Shown here piece after piece: positions 20,833 to 29,566 of a stretch of DNA of 56,022 nt. Origin of the DNA: a virus (taxonomy: Duplodnaviria; Heunggongvirae; Uroviricota; Caudoviricetes). The number at the start of each line of letters is the position of its first letter. Position 1 is the stretch's first letter. The translations under genes were made by a program, and so were the position numbers. The notes below the pieces were generated by a model, which had not been told where the DNA came from, ran no database searches, and saw only the letters and a list, made by a program, of their open reading frames with translations. The DNA lies in the IMG/VR virus record IMGVR_UViG_2534681672_000003, positions 1 to 56,022 of that record; one strand, 5' to 3'.

Positions 20833-21873
20833 TTAGCCAATGCGAACGGTAACAAAACGATTGATGCGGGCCGGTATTGGCTGTGGTGCTGAATGTGTCT
20901 GCACATATTCAATAGCCGGATCACCAGGCACAATATAGTTTTTCGGTGCAAGTTCGGCTTTAGTCAGCCCCATTCGGATTAGCTCCGGATCCTGAATACC
21001 GCCATAGGCGACAATCCCCTGAAGAGCCGTATTGCCAAGCACCATCAAATCAGGATCAAGGAAATGTTTTTCTGTTCCGTCCTCGTCGGTATAACGCCCG
21101 CTGTAAACAACAATCGCAACATCGCCCATATACCCTTTAAAACTCACCGAATCACCAAGGTCTTTAAGGGCCGTTTCCAGTTCGGAATTAGAACCACGAC
21201 GGGTATCCAAAGCCTCTTTTATCGCTCTGAATGAACGGTATTTCTTCCATACATTACCACCCATAATGATGATATTAGTGACGCCCTCACTAAATTCTGC
21301 GTAGCTCTCAATATCATCATTTGGATCAAAAGTTTCTTTATCCTTACCTGACCACTCAGTACCGCCAGACTGAGTGATGATATTTTGTGGTTTTATATTC
21401 CAGTCCAGCTCATAACGTTCAATACCATCGCCCTCAATGATATTTTTCCCCGTTGTGATAGCCTGAACAGCAAGCCATTCAATACGTGCACGAATAGCTT
21501 TAGCCTGATTTACAATCGCCTGTTTAACTTTAATATTACGCGCCCCAAAAGCATTGTATTGCTCAGGTGACACACCAGCAGGGCGCACAGCTAACTTATT
21601 TGGATCAATGCTGCTTTTCGGCTTCATATAACCTGGACGAATTGTTTTTGATTCGTATCCCTCATCTCGTGAAACTTTACTGCCCACCATAGGAGAGCAA
21701 AACGCCGCGATCGGGATATTTGGATCGTCGATCGTATCAAGAATAATGTCTCTCGATTCAAACATTACCGAGCGAGTGAAAAACAAACTGGTAAACAACG
21801 CATTTAATTTTTTTTGTACATCTACAGCATTAACCACCTGTACAAGCTGAGTAGGCGAATATAAATCAACCAT
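20833..21873 (-). CDS. major capsid protein, lambda E-like (HK97 fold)
   Basis: 346 aa, alignable over the full length to helper E (ITQSGGTEWS, ALDTRRGSNSELETA, DVAIVVYSG shared); start trimmed to the ATG after AAGAGG. Confidence 0.8.
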   Translation of the reverse strand: MVDLYSPTQLVQVVNAVDVQKKLNALFTSLFFTRSVMFESRDIILDTIDDPNIPIAAFCSPMVGSKVSRDEGYESKTIRPGYMKPKSSIDPNKLAVRPAGVSPEQYNAFGARNIKVKQAIVNQAKAIRARIEWLAVQAITTGKNIIEGDGIERYELDWNIKPQNIITQSGGTEWSGKDKETFDPNDDIESYAEFSEGVTNIIIMGGNVWKKYRSFRAIKEALDTRRGSNSELETALKDLGDSVSFKGYMGDVAIVVYSGRYTDEDGTEKHFLDPDLMVLGNTALQGIVAYGGIQDPELIRMGLTKAELAPKNYIVPGDPAIEYVQTHSAPQPIPARINRFVTVRIG

Positions 21874-22074
21874 ACGCATCCTCTTTGCATTCATTAAAAA
21901 TAATTGTGGATATATGCTATCACCGATATTTGTCATGCGAACACATGCAACCGAGTGCAATGTTGTATAAAGTTTTGGGGTGACAACTTCAGTGCGGACA
22001 ATTAGTGTTAATATCTTCACTCCCTTTGGTCGGGATTTATGTAGCATGCAGGAAAATTTATTTTTTCCGGCCTT

Positions 22075-22792
22075 TTTGTGCACAGAAAACCCCCAGCTAG
22101 GCTGGGGGTTCCGGAAAGCTTTCAGCTTTGAGCCAGTTATTAAAACCCCTTTTGATTTGTTAAAACACTTTGCGGTCTGGCAACTGCAAGTGTCAAACAA
22201 GAAATCAAAAGGGGGTCCCAATGGGGAACGAAAAGAGCTTAGCGCACACCCGATGGAACTGTAAATATCACATAGTTTTTGCGCCAAAATACCGAAGACA
22301 GGTGTTCTACAGAGAGAAGCGTAGAGCAATAGGCAGTATTTTGAGAAAGCTGTGTGAGTGGAAAAGCGTACGGATTCTGGAAGCTGAATGCTGTGCAGAT
22401 CATATCCATATGCTTGTGGAGATCCCGCCCAAAATGAGCGTATCCGGGTTTATGGGATATCTGAAAGGGAAAAGCAGTCTGATGCTTTACGAGCAGTTTG
22501 GTGATTTGAAATTCAAATACAGGAACAGGGAGTTCTGGTGCAGAGGGTACTACGTCGATACAGTGGGTAAGAACACGGCGAAGATACAGGATTACATAAA
22601 GCACCAGCTTGAAGAGGATAAAATGGGAGAGCAGTTATCGATTCCCTATCCGGGCAGCCCGTTTACGGGCCGTAAGTAACGAAGTTGGATGCAAATGTCA
22701 GATCGTGTGCGCCTGTTAGGGCGCGGCTGGTAAGAGAGCCTTATAGGCGCATTTGAAAAACCTCCGGCTATGCCGGAGGATATTTATTTTAT
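22075..22792 (+). mobile_element. IS200 insertion sequence
   Basis: IS200-type TnpA flanked by terminal hairpins (about 22087-22110 and 22771-22789); boundaries approximate. Confidence 0.8.
22221..22679 (+). CDS. tnpA: IS200 transposase TnpA (Y1/HUH)
   Basis: MGNEKSLAHTRWNCKYHIVFAPKYRRQVFY... matches IS200 TnpA as recalled; trimmed to the ATG at 22221. Confidence 0.92.
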   Translation: MGNEKSLAHTRWNCKYHIVFAPKYRRQVFYREKRRAIGSILRKLCEWKSVRILEAECCADHIHMLVEIPPKMSVSGFMGYLKGKSSLMLYEQFGDLKFKYRNREFWCRGYYVDTVGKNTAKIQDYIKHQLEEDKMGEQLSIPYPGSPFTGRK

Positions 22793-22801
22793 TGGCAATA
22801 T

Positions 22802-23251
22802 TTAAAACGGGATATCATCTCCCCATTGCTCATTATCTCCCACTGGTGGCTGGCTTCCTTGCTGATCTGCCTGTTGTTTTGCTCTGTTCAGTGCGTCAGT
22901 AGCCTGCCCCTGTTGGCCTTTATTGCCGCCCGGTCGCACCGATCGCGCACTGATTACGCTGTCTGCGATAACCTGCCAGCCCTGCCGCGTTTCGCCGTTC
23001 TGTCCAGTCCACTGGCTCATCTGCATGTTACCCGCCACGCTCAGGAGTTCGCCTTTGTGATGCTTTGCCAGCGCGTCGGCTTGTCTGCCAAACGCCAGGA
23101 CAGATAACCACATCGTCGCCTGACCGTCATCCGACTGACTGCAGGGCAGTGATACCGCCATACGCGCCAACGTCATGGGGGTGCCCTTGCTGGTCTGTTT
23201 TGTCTGCGGGTCGTCCACCGACCGCCCGTAAACTGATATTTGCGCCGTCAT
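22802..23251 (-). CDS. SSB-like protein with C-terminal DDIPF tip
   Basis: Ends ...NEQWGDDIPF (SSB acidic-tip motif); glycine/glutamine-rich linker; AT-skewed neighbourhood. Confidence 0.5.
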   Translation of the reverse strand: MTAQISVYGRSVDDPQTKQTSKGTPMTLARMAVSLPCSQSDDGQATMWLSVLAFGRQADALAKHHKGELLSVAGNMQMSQWTGQNGETRQGWQVIADSVISARSVRPGGNKGQQGQATDALNRAKQQADQQGSQPPVGDNEQWGDDIPF

Positions 23252-23493
23252 GCGGCCTGCTCTCCGGACTTAATATTGATTGTTGTCACTTCCTCCGCTT
23301 CAGCAATCTCCCGTTCGGTCAGAGTGGCAAAGTTTGCAGCCGCCGTTGTCATGAATGCGCTAATCAGTTCGGGATGTGCTTTCGCGTATCCTTCCCCGGC
23401 GTTGCGGTCGATGATTTTTATCGACACCCTTAACCAGTGTTCCGTCAAATCAAGGGCGTGCGATTGTGATTTTTTTGTGTGCTTCGCTGTCAT
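23248..23493 (-). CDS. hypothetical protein
   Basis: 81-aa ORF, stop overlapping the SSB-like start. Confidence 0.35.
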   Translation of the reverse strand: MTAKHTKKSQSHALDLTEHWLRVSIKIIDRNAGEGYAKAHPELISAFMTTAAANFATLTEREIAEAEEVTTINIKSGEQAA

Positions 23494-23538
23494 AGGCTTT
23501 ATCTCACAGCAGTAAATTAAAATTTTTGCGTTTTAACC

Positions 23539-23770
23539 CTTCACCTGTTCACCTTTTGATATTTTCTCTTTTAATTCATAATGTTAATGGGTGAACAGTT
23601 TCACAAAAACTATTCACCAACTGTTCACCACTGTTCACCCTTGAAGCTCAATAAACAATCAAAAAGGTGAACAGTGAATAGTTTGGTGAACAGTTCATAA
23701 ATAACTGTTCACCCTATAATATACTGATATAAAAGATATTTATGACAGGGTGAACAGTGGTGAACAGTTA
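23539..23770. repeat. replication-origin iterons, about 9 copies of TGTTCACC / GGTGAACAG in both orientations
   Basis: Octamer recalled as the P4 alpha binding site at ori/crr; lies directly downstream of the primase-helicase gene. Confidence 0.7.
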
Positions 23771-23780
23771 TTCCATAAGT

Positions 23781-25601
23781 TTAATTTTTGCTATCGTCAT
23801 TAGTGACCGATACACATGATGGCATCCAGTCTTCTGATTCCTCCGTCAGGGTCACGTTTGAACGCAAACCGTGCTTCGTTTTCCGTTTCATATACTCCCT
23901 GCCATATTCCGCCATTGCCCCCGGCATATCTTTACCGAAGCGCGTCAGTGTTACAGGTTTACCAAACCCATGTGCCCTCATATAAGCCAGATAGGCATGA
24001 TAGAGATACCTGCGTGGGCTGAATGGCACAATTTCAGCATTACCCACTAACAGGCCATCACACATTACCGATGCCATGAGATAACCGCAGAAGTCCACCA
24101 GCGAATCCCCCTCTCGCTTTATCGCCAGTGCTTCTTCAGATTTCTGCTGCTCATATAACAGGCGTCTGGCTTCGTCCTGATCAGCAAACCTTGTAAGCAG
24201 ATGACGAATCACTACCGCCAGCTCACCTTCTATTTTTTCCGCCAGCATCGAATCGCGTTCGTTCTCCGGTACAACTTCCGAAAAATTGAATATCACCCGA
24301 CGACGTGAGATCCCCCCGCTGCGGTCACTGAATGACATGGCGTTATTGTTAACCGCCAGCACTACTGCCGGAATACGCGTTGAATAGGGGGCTTTGTGTT
24401 TCGGGTCAATTGCCACCTTGTCACCGCCTGTAATGGCCTTAATCCCTGCCCCATCACCAGCGTAGCGGGTCATATCCGGCATGATAATCAGCGAAAAGCC
24501 AACCACTAACGCACGTTCCCTTGCATCTTCCAGCGCCTTCATGCTTGCTGATACTGTATTAGCCTTACCCGCCAGCATGGTGCAAATCTCCGCCATCACA
24601 CTTTTACCACTTCCCCCCGGCCCTGTTACCTCAATGAATAACTGCCAGTCGTACCGGTTCGCCAGCACCATGAATAATGCCGCCAGTACGCGATCTGCCT
24701 TGCGGTCATTCTCAGCCACCGAACGGCGCAACCACTTCCAGAAATTCGGCGCATGTGTTGCCAGCGTTTCCCCCTCTGCTGGTGGGCTGAAAGGTAATTC
24801 ACTGGCAATTAACAACCAGTCGTTTTTGTTATGCTCCCGAAAGTTACCAGTTCTGGTATCAAATACCCCGTTACTGAATCCAATCAGGTTACGGGCTGTA
24901 TTCCCCATTACAGGCAAACTTAACTTCATGGTATCTACCGCCGATTTAATAGCGTTCTGCGAATAGCTGATCTCCGCATCAATGAAAATCTGCGCCATAG
25001 CACGCTGTAACTCTTTATCCTGAACCGGCTCCCATACAACGCCGTTGTAATGATGAACGGTGTCAGAGTCGGCATTGATTGCCAGTTCGCCGCCGTAATG
25101 TGCAAGGAGAACTTCACCGCGCTGGCTGGCCCCCATCTGATTCAACGCCAAAGATGAAGCACGCTCGTCATTTTTGCGCTCAGCCTTCTTCACTGGCAGT
25201 TCAATCACCAGACTTTCCCCATGCTCCGCTTCAGCTTTTAGGCCGACAAGGCGCGGAGTCCAGTCTTCAGGCTCTCGATCAACAAAGCTACGGTAACAAC
25301 GTGCTTCCTTTACGCCTGCAATAGCAAGTAATGTCGCAACCTTCGTCAGACTTTTCTCTGCAATCTTTCCGGCACGATAAACACGCACATAATGACGGCC
25401 TTCATCGATAATTTGCATATCATCCAGGTTTTCCAGTTGTTCCGTACCCAGAATGACTGGTGGTGTATCATCTGCTGCAATATGCTTACCTGCCCATTCA
25501 TTCCATTCTTTTGCATGGCTCCAGGCATCACTGCCAGCAAAAATGATGACTTCCGTCATTTTGTCGCGCGGTTGGTATTTTAAGTTCGGAGCACGTTTCA
25601 T
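23781..25601 (-). CDS. replication initiation primase-helicase (P4 alpha-like, P-loop NTPase)
   Basis: Walker A VTGPGGSGKS; 606 aa; GGAGG RBS; adjacent to the iteron origin. Confidence 0.65.
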   Translation of the reverse strand: MKRAPNLKYQPRDKMTEVIIFAGSDAWSHAKEWNEWAGKHIAADDTPPVILGTEQLENLDDMQIIDEGRHYVRVYRAGKIAEKSLTKVATLLAIAGVKEARCYRSFVDREPEDWTPRLVGLKAEAEHGESLVIELPVKKAERKNDERASSLALNQMGASQRGEVLLAHYGGELAINADSDTVHHYNGVVWEPVQDKELQRAMAQIFIDAEISYSQNAIKSAVDTMKLSLPVMGNTARNLIGFSNGVFDTRTGNFREHNKNDWLLIASELPFSPPAEGETLATHAPNFWKWLRRSVAENDRKADRVLAALFMVLANRYDWQLFIEVTGPGGSGKSVMAEICTMLAGKANTVSASMKALEDARERALVVGFSLIIMPDMTRYAGDGAGIKAITGGDKVAIDPKHKAPYSTRIPAVVLAVNNNAMSFSDRSGGISRRRVIFNFSEVVPENERDSMLAEKIEGELAVVIRHLLTRFADQDEARRLLYEQQKSEEALAIKREGDSLVDFCGYLMASVMCDGLLVGNAEIVPFSPRRYLYHAYLAYMRAHGFGKPVTLTRFGKDMPGAMAEYGREYMKRKTKHGLRSNVTLTEESEDWMPSCVSVTNDDSKN

Positions 25602-25885
25602 TTGTTACCTCCGGCAACTAACATTGCCCGAATTTTACGGATATAGCCTGCGGCACGCCTCTGATTATCTGTCTTGCAATTTTTTACCAGAATGAAATCT
25701 CTTTCGAACTGCTGACGCGGCATAACACATTCAAAATCATAACCATCACGCAAATAAGAGACACGACGATCATCAACCGAAATAATCTTTACCCGATAGC
25801 CATAGCTGTCTTTGAAAATATCCCCAAGGCTGATTTTTGAATGAGTTTGACCGCTGGCAATAAAGCCAGAAAATTTATTTTTCAT
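25598..25885 (-). CDS. hypothetical protein (replication operon)
   Basis: 95-aa ORF with ATGA overlap onto the primase start. Confidence 0.4.
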   Translation of the reverse strand: MKNKFSGFIASGQTHSKISLGDIFKDSYGYRVKIISVDDRRVSYLRDGYDFECVMPRQQFERDFILVKNCKTDNQRRAAGYIRKIRAMLVAGGNK

Positions 25886-25888
25886 TTT

Positions 25889-26113
25889 TTATTCTCCGGT
25901 ATAGCTCTGGTCGTGTATTTTTATAGCTTCATCCAGCTCTTTGATGACAGGATCAAGTAACGTAATTAACGCTCCAGCTAAATTAGCATCCCGTTCATCG
26001 TGTTCCGCATTTGTTGTCCCATCAAGCCAGGTTGATAAGATTTCTCGCATATTTTTGCCACAAACGAGCGCGTTTTCAGCATGTGTCAGCACTTTAAAAT
26101 AAAGATCATTCAT
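25889..26113 (-). CDS. hypothetical protein
   Basis: 74-aa ORF in the same operon. Confidence 0.35.
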   Translation of the reverse strand: MNDLYFKVLTHAENALVCGKNMREILSTWLDGTTNAEHDERDANLAGALITLLDPVIKELDEAIKIHDQSYTGE

Positions 26114-26471
26114 GGCACACCTCCTGACGAATACGGGCGGCGAATATCATCACGTAGCCAGTTGGGAATTGCTGGCGGGCTTCCTGTTCGCTGGCGGCCT
26201 CGATGTGTATTACGCGTGGTTGTGCGGTGCTCAGGGCGATAAAACGCCAGATGAAATTGTTTTCGCATTTCTGAATAAACAGCGTGTTTTCTTCACGCCC
26301 TTTCCAGAAAGCCGCAGTATAGCCCATCTCCTTAACCATCTTGCGGGCATCAACCAGCGTGTCAGCGGCAACATGTACCGTAGTTGCTCCATCTGCCATG
26401 CGGTCGTGGTGTAGTGCCAGAAAGGTGTATATAAATTTAGGGTGAGTTTGGGTATGCTGTGTTCCAGCCAT
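26106..26471 (-). CDS. hypothetical protein, first gene of the leftward operon
   Basis: 121 aa from the ATG after a GAGG RBS; the longer ORF-track version runs antisense through the neighbouring gene and was trimmed. Confidence 0.45.
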   Translation of the reverse strand: MAGTQHTQTHPKFIYTFLALHHDRMADGATTVHVAADTLVDARKMVKEMGYTAAFWKGREENTLFIQKCENNFIWRFIALSTAQPRVIHIEAASEQEARQQFPTGYVMIFAARIRQEVCHE

Positions 26472-26554
26472 AATCGTTACCTCGTTTAACGGTTTGGTTA
26501 GAAGCCCGGTTAGTGTTCGCGCACTGCCGGGTTTCGTCGTTTTTATGAATCGAT

Positions 26555-26670
26555 CATTGTGAGATACATAGCGACCATGATGTGAGATATACATTATAAT
26601 GTGGTGATATACATTGCAAGTGTTTTTATATCTCACTTTTGTGTATAGTGATATACACATAACAAATTGG
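26555..26670. promoter_or_regulatory. divergent promoter/operator region with repeated GTGAGATA(T)ACAT and GTGATATACA motifs
   Basis: At least five direct and inverted copies between the divergent operons. Confidence 0.6.
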
Positions 26671-26679
26671 TGATTAACT

Positions 26680-26982
26680 ATGTCTGTATACAAAAATGCA
26701 AAATCGCAAATGACAACGATCAGGGTTCCCCACGATGTTATGGAGGGCATGGAATCCGTAAAACTGGACGGCGAAAGCAACGCCGGATTCATAGTAACCG
26801 CCATGCGCGGTGAGATCGCCCGCCGCCAGGCAGAAGGAAGCGGAGAAAATCCCCTCGTGTCTTCACTGGATGCCTTAGCTAAGGTCGAACAAATCGGCAT
26901 CAAGGCAGCGGAGGAAATCGGGCAACTCGTAGCCGTCGCTCGTGAAGAACTCCAGCGGCGTAAAGCCAAAGAATCTGAATAA
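26680..26982 (+). CDS. putative ribbon-helix-helix (CopG/Arc-like) regulator
   Basis: TTIRVPHDVMEGMESVKL...NAGFIVTAMRGEI fits a strand-helix-helix pattern; sits beside the operator repeats. Confidence 0.4.
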   Translation: MSVYKNAKSQMTTIRVPHDVMEGMESVKLDGESNAGFIVTAMRGEIARRQAEGSGENPLVSSLDALAKVEQIGIKAAEEIGQLVAVAREELQRRKAKESE

Positions 26983-27332
26983 TTACTATCAGCGCCGTGA
27001 TGTGAGTAACTACGGCGCATTGCTATGTAAATACTGGCAATAAACAGAAAAGGTAGTTCTACTCCGAATAATTTTATCTGACACTACTCCTGAACTAACA
27101 TGCGCTTATCTTACAGGATATAAATATAGATCCATAAAATCACGATTAAATAAAGCCGCTCCAAACATAAACCACACCCAACGCTTAACAAGATAGCAAC
27201 AAACAGATAAATAACTTGCAGAAATATTTATCGCAAGGATTATCATTATTAATTACAAATCACTTTACCAAGTCATTCCCCTCTCTTATCATAAAGAGAA
27301 AGTAATAAATAAGTTAAGGGAGTTAGAATACT

Positions 27333-27869
27333 ATGAATCTAAAAAAAATAGCCACAAACATAAAAAACAAGATAATAGAAACATTCAATAAACTTATATT
27401 AGAGGCATCTAAAACCCCCACACAAGATGAAATTAAAATACTTGAGAGAAGAAGTAAAAAGTTTAATTACTCCTTTTTCTCATACGCAGTCACAGGAGCC
27501 ATAATGGTTTTTTGCTCTCAACCATTAATAAAATACGCAAACCCAATGCTTATTTTATTGAGTGGTCTGTTACTGTCTATCATCATTATCCTTCTCAGAA
27601 TGATTTATATTTCACAAGCGAATGCATCATGGACAACCAAAAAACGTTCACATGTACTAGTTCATTTTCTTTCTGCATGTTTCATAGCGTCAACATTGAC
27701 GTTGTTATATCAGGCTTACGATAATAACATCACACACAAATTGTACTGTAAAAATATACAACAACTTATTGAAAAAAGGATAGAAACAGAAAAAAATATC
27801 AGCATATTCAGTGGGATGCAATGCACCCCGGCATATGATTACTCTTTATTTGGATTTAATCTCTTATAA
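27333..27869 (+). CDS. AT-rich membrane protein (cargo, unknown function)
   Basis: 178 aa, hydrophobic segments, very low GC, preceded by about 300 bp of AT-rich DNA. Confidence 0.5.
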   Translation: MNLKKIATNIKNKIIETFNKLILEASKTPTQDEIKILERRSKKFNYSFFSYAVTGAIMVFCSQPLIKYANPMLILLSGLLLSIIIILLRMIYISQANASWTTKKRSHVLVHFLSACFIASTLTLLYQAYDNNITHKLYCKNIQQLIEKRIETEKNISIFSGMQCTPAYDYSLFGFNLL

Positions 27870-27938
27870 AGAATGTTATTACTGATTTGAGTGCAAATTC
27901 TCAAATCAGTAATTCATAATATTTTATTCTGAGATAAT

Positions 27939-28166
27939 TTAAACTACCCACTCACCTCGAATCCATGCCTGCACTTCTGAAAGACGATATGCAACAGCAG
28001 TGGAGCCAATCTTGATCCGCTTAGGAAATTTCCCTTCCTTCTCCAGCTTCCAGCGTGTGCTGTTCGCAAGAGTGGTTAGCTCCCGACATTCTTTCTCACG
28101 GATCATACGATCGATGTTAGGAATGTACTCCAAACCCTTTTTATCAACAATCGCCATTTTTTTCAT
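27939..28166 (-). CDS. alpA: AlpA-family transcriptional regulator/excisionase
   Basis: 75 aa with AlpA-type HTH (LTTLANSTRWKLEKEGKFPKRIKIG); directly downstream of int. Confidence 0.75.
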   Translation of the reverse strand: MKKMAIVDKKGLEYIPNIDRMIREKECRELTTLANSTRWKLEKEGKFPKRIKIGSTAVAYRLSEVQAWIRGEWVV

Positions 28167-28167
28167 G

Positions 28168-29403
28168 TTAACCAGCCTTTTGTTTGAGGATTATCACTTT
28201 TGAATCAGCACCTGCGATGCTATTGAGATATGTAGTCCAGAGTTCCAGAGCATCCAGTTTTTTAGCCATAAACTTACTCCGGTTGTAAACACCTGCCACG
28301 CCAGGTAGCGCATGGCCTAACAGTTGTTCTACTACATAAAATTCAACACCGAGATCACTTAGATGAGTAGATAGCGTTCTTCTAAGGTCGTGTAGTGACC
28401 ATTGTTTTTCATGGCCCAAACGTTTACCGATTTTCCCCCCAATCTTGCTTACGCTTTCTCTAATTCGCAGACTTCCCAGCACATAACCAGTATGTTTTGT
28501 CTCTTCGTGAACATCCGTTACCCACTGTCGTAGAATTTCAGGTACTGGTCTGACGATTTCAACACCAGTTTTTGAGTGATCTTTTGGTACCGTCCAAACC
28601 CAACTTTCGAGATCCCATTCGCTCCATTCAGATAATCGGGCTTCACTCATTCGACATCCAAATACTGTACAAAGCACAAACATTTTTCGCGTGTATTCAG
28701 ACATTAGTTTTAAATCAGGCTCGACAAAAATTGCCTTCCAGAGCTGGCCCAGTTCGGCTTCATCCAGAACCCGATCCCGCTTACCTGCAATCTGCCCCAC
28801 ATCACTCATGCGCAAATCCTTTAAAGCATCACATGTCGCGTACTGGCGTACCCGACAAAAACGAAGAGCTAATTTAGTGTCAGAAAAAACATACGCCGCC
28901 ATAACTGGTGCATTACGTTTAATTCGGTCAAAACAGTCCAGCCATTCATATAGGTGAGTGTCATTTACAGGCAAATGACCGATATAGGGAAAGATATGCT
29001 TTCGAAATCTGCCAAGCGTTACAGCATGAGTTTTACGACGCACCTTACAGTAATTTTCATACCAGTAATTTAGTGCATCCTCCACTGTGACCGGCTTTAA
29101 GCGTTCTTCAGCCTGAATCTTAATCTGGATACGCGGATCACGTTTGTCAGCCAACCAACCACGGCACTCGTCGCGCTTTTCCCTTGCCTGTTTGAGTGAC
29201 ATATCAGGATATTTACCCAACGTTAGCCAGACCGGAGCAGCCCGGCCACCTGCTAACCTGTAGAAGAAAACAAAGCTCACAGCCCCCTTGGTACTCACAC
29301 GAATAGAAAGCCCCTTTCCATCAGCAATGGTGATCTGCTTTTCTCTGGGTTTCCCCAGATATCCTTTAAGCGCTTTGTCGCTCAGTTTGTTCTCGCCAGC
29401 CAT
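28168..29403 (-). CDS. int: tyrosine integrase, P4/CP4-57 family with N-terminal arm-binding domain
   Basis: N-terminus LSDKALKGYLGKPREKQITIADGKGLSIRVSTKG; C-terminal HDLRRT...LLGH...Y catalytic motifs; trimmed to the ATG at 29403. Confidence 0.85.
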   Translation of the reverse strand: MAGENKLSDKALKGYLGKPREKQITIADGKGLSIRVSTKGAVSFVFFYRLAGGRAAPVWLTLGKYPDMSLKQAREKRDECRGWLADKRDPRIQIKIQAEERLKPVTVEDALNYWYENYCKVRRKTHAVTLGRFRKHIFPYIGHLPVNDTHLYEWLDCFDRIKRNAPVMAAYVFSDTKLALRFCRVRQYATCDALKDLRMSDVGQIAGKRDRVLDEAELGQLWKAIFVEPDLKLMSEYTRKMFVLCTVFGCRMSEARLSEWSEWDLESWVWTVPKDHSKTGVEIVRPVPEILRQWVTDVHEETKHTGYVLGSLRIRESVSKIGGKIGKRLGHEKQWSLHDLRRTLSTHLSDLGVEFYVVEQLLGHALPGVAGVYNRSKFMAKKLDALELWTTYLNSIAGADSKVIILKQKAG

Positions 29404-29418
29404 TTTTAGCCCCAAAAA

Positions 29419-29438
29419 GCAATACAAGCTGCAATACA
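29419..29438. promoter_or_regulatory. candidate integrase arm-type site GCAATACAA-GCT-GCAATACA (right arm)
   Basis: Matches the left-arm motif at 18221-18240. Confidence 0.5.
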
Positions 29439-29566
29439 GAGATGATTGCAACACACAGATAACGAGGAAAATTCAGTGAAAGCGCCAGATAAACTTATTC
29501 TTTATTATCAAAAGATTAAGTGTAAAAACCAGCAACTACACGAAAGCCTCAGAAAGCCATGCTAAG

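Larger units (their letters stand above)
18144..29566. mobile_element. about 11.4-kb integrative satellite-like element inserted in capsid gene E
   Basis: Bounded by the direct repeats; integrase and AlpA at the right end; carries replication, packaging-site, capsid and AT-rich cargo genes. Confidence 0.8.

Noticed and set aside
17353-21873. Possibility that the split E gene arose by homologous recombination between helper E and the element E-like gene.
   Set aside because: The E-like gene is intact and lies about 2.7 kb inside the element; the two E fragments are joined to non-capsid sequence and flanked by a 10-bp direct repeat with integrase arm motifs, which fits site-specific insertion.
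20833-22329. 498-aa version of the E-like ORF from the ORF track.
   Set aside because: The extra N-terminal 150 residues run through the intergenic region into the IS200 end; homology to gpE and an AAGAGG RBS begin at the ATG at 21873.
23539-23770. Repeat cluster considered as a CRISPR array.
   Set aside because: Units are 8-9 bp in both orientations with irregular spacing and no spacer-like unique segments; this is an iteron origin. The O-gene repeats at 48192-48305 are likewise iterons.
26106-27020. 304-aa minus-strand ORF spanning the element control region.
   Set aside because: It reads antisense through the RHH gene and the operator repeats; only the last 121 codons have an RBS and a sensible start.
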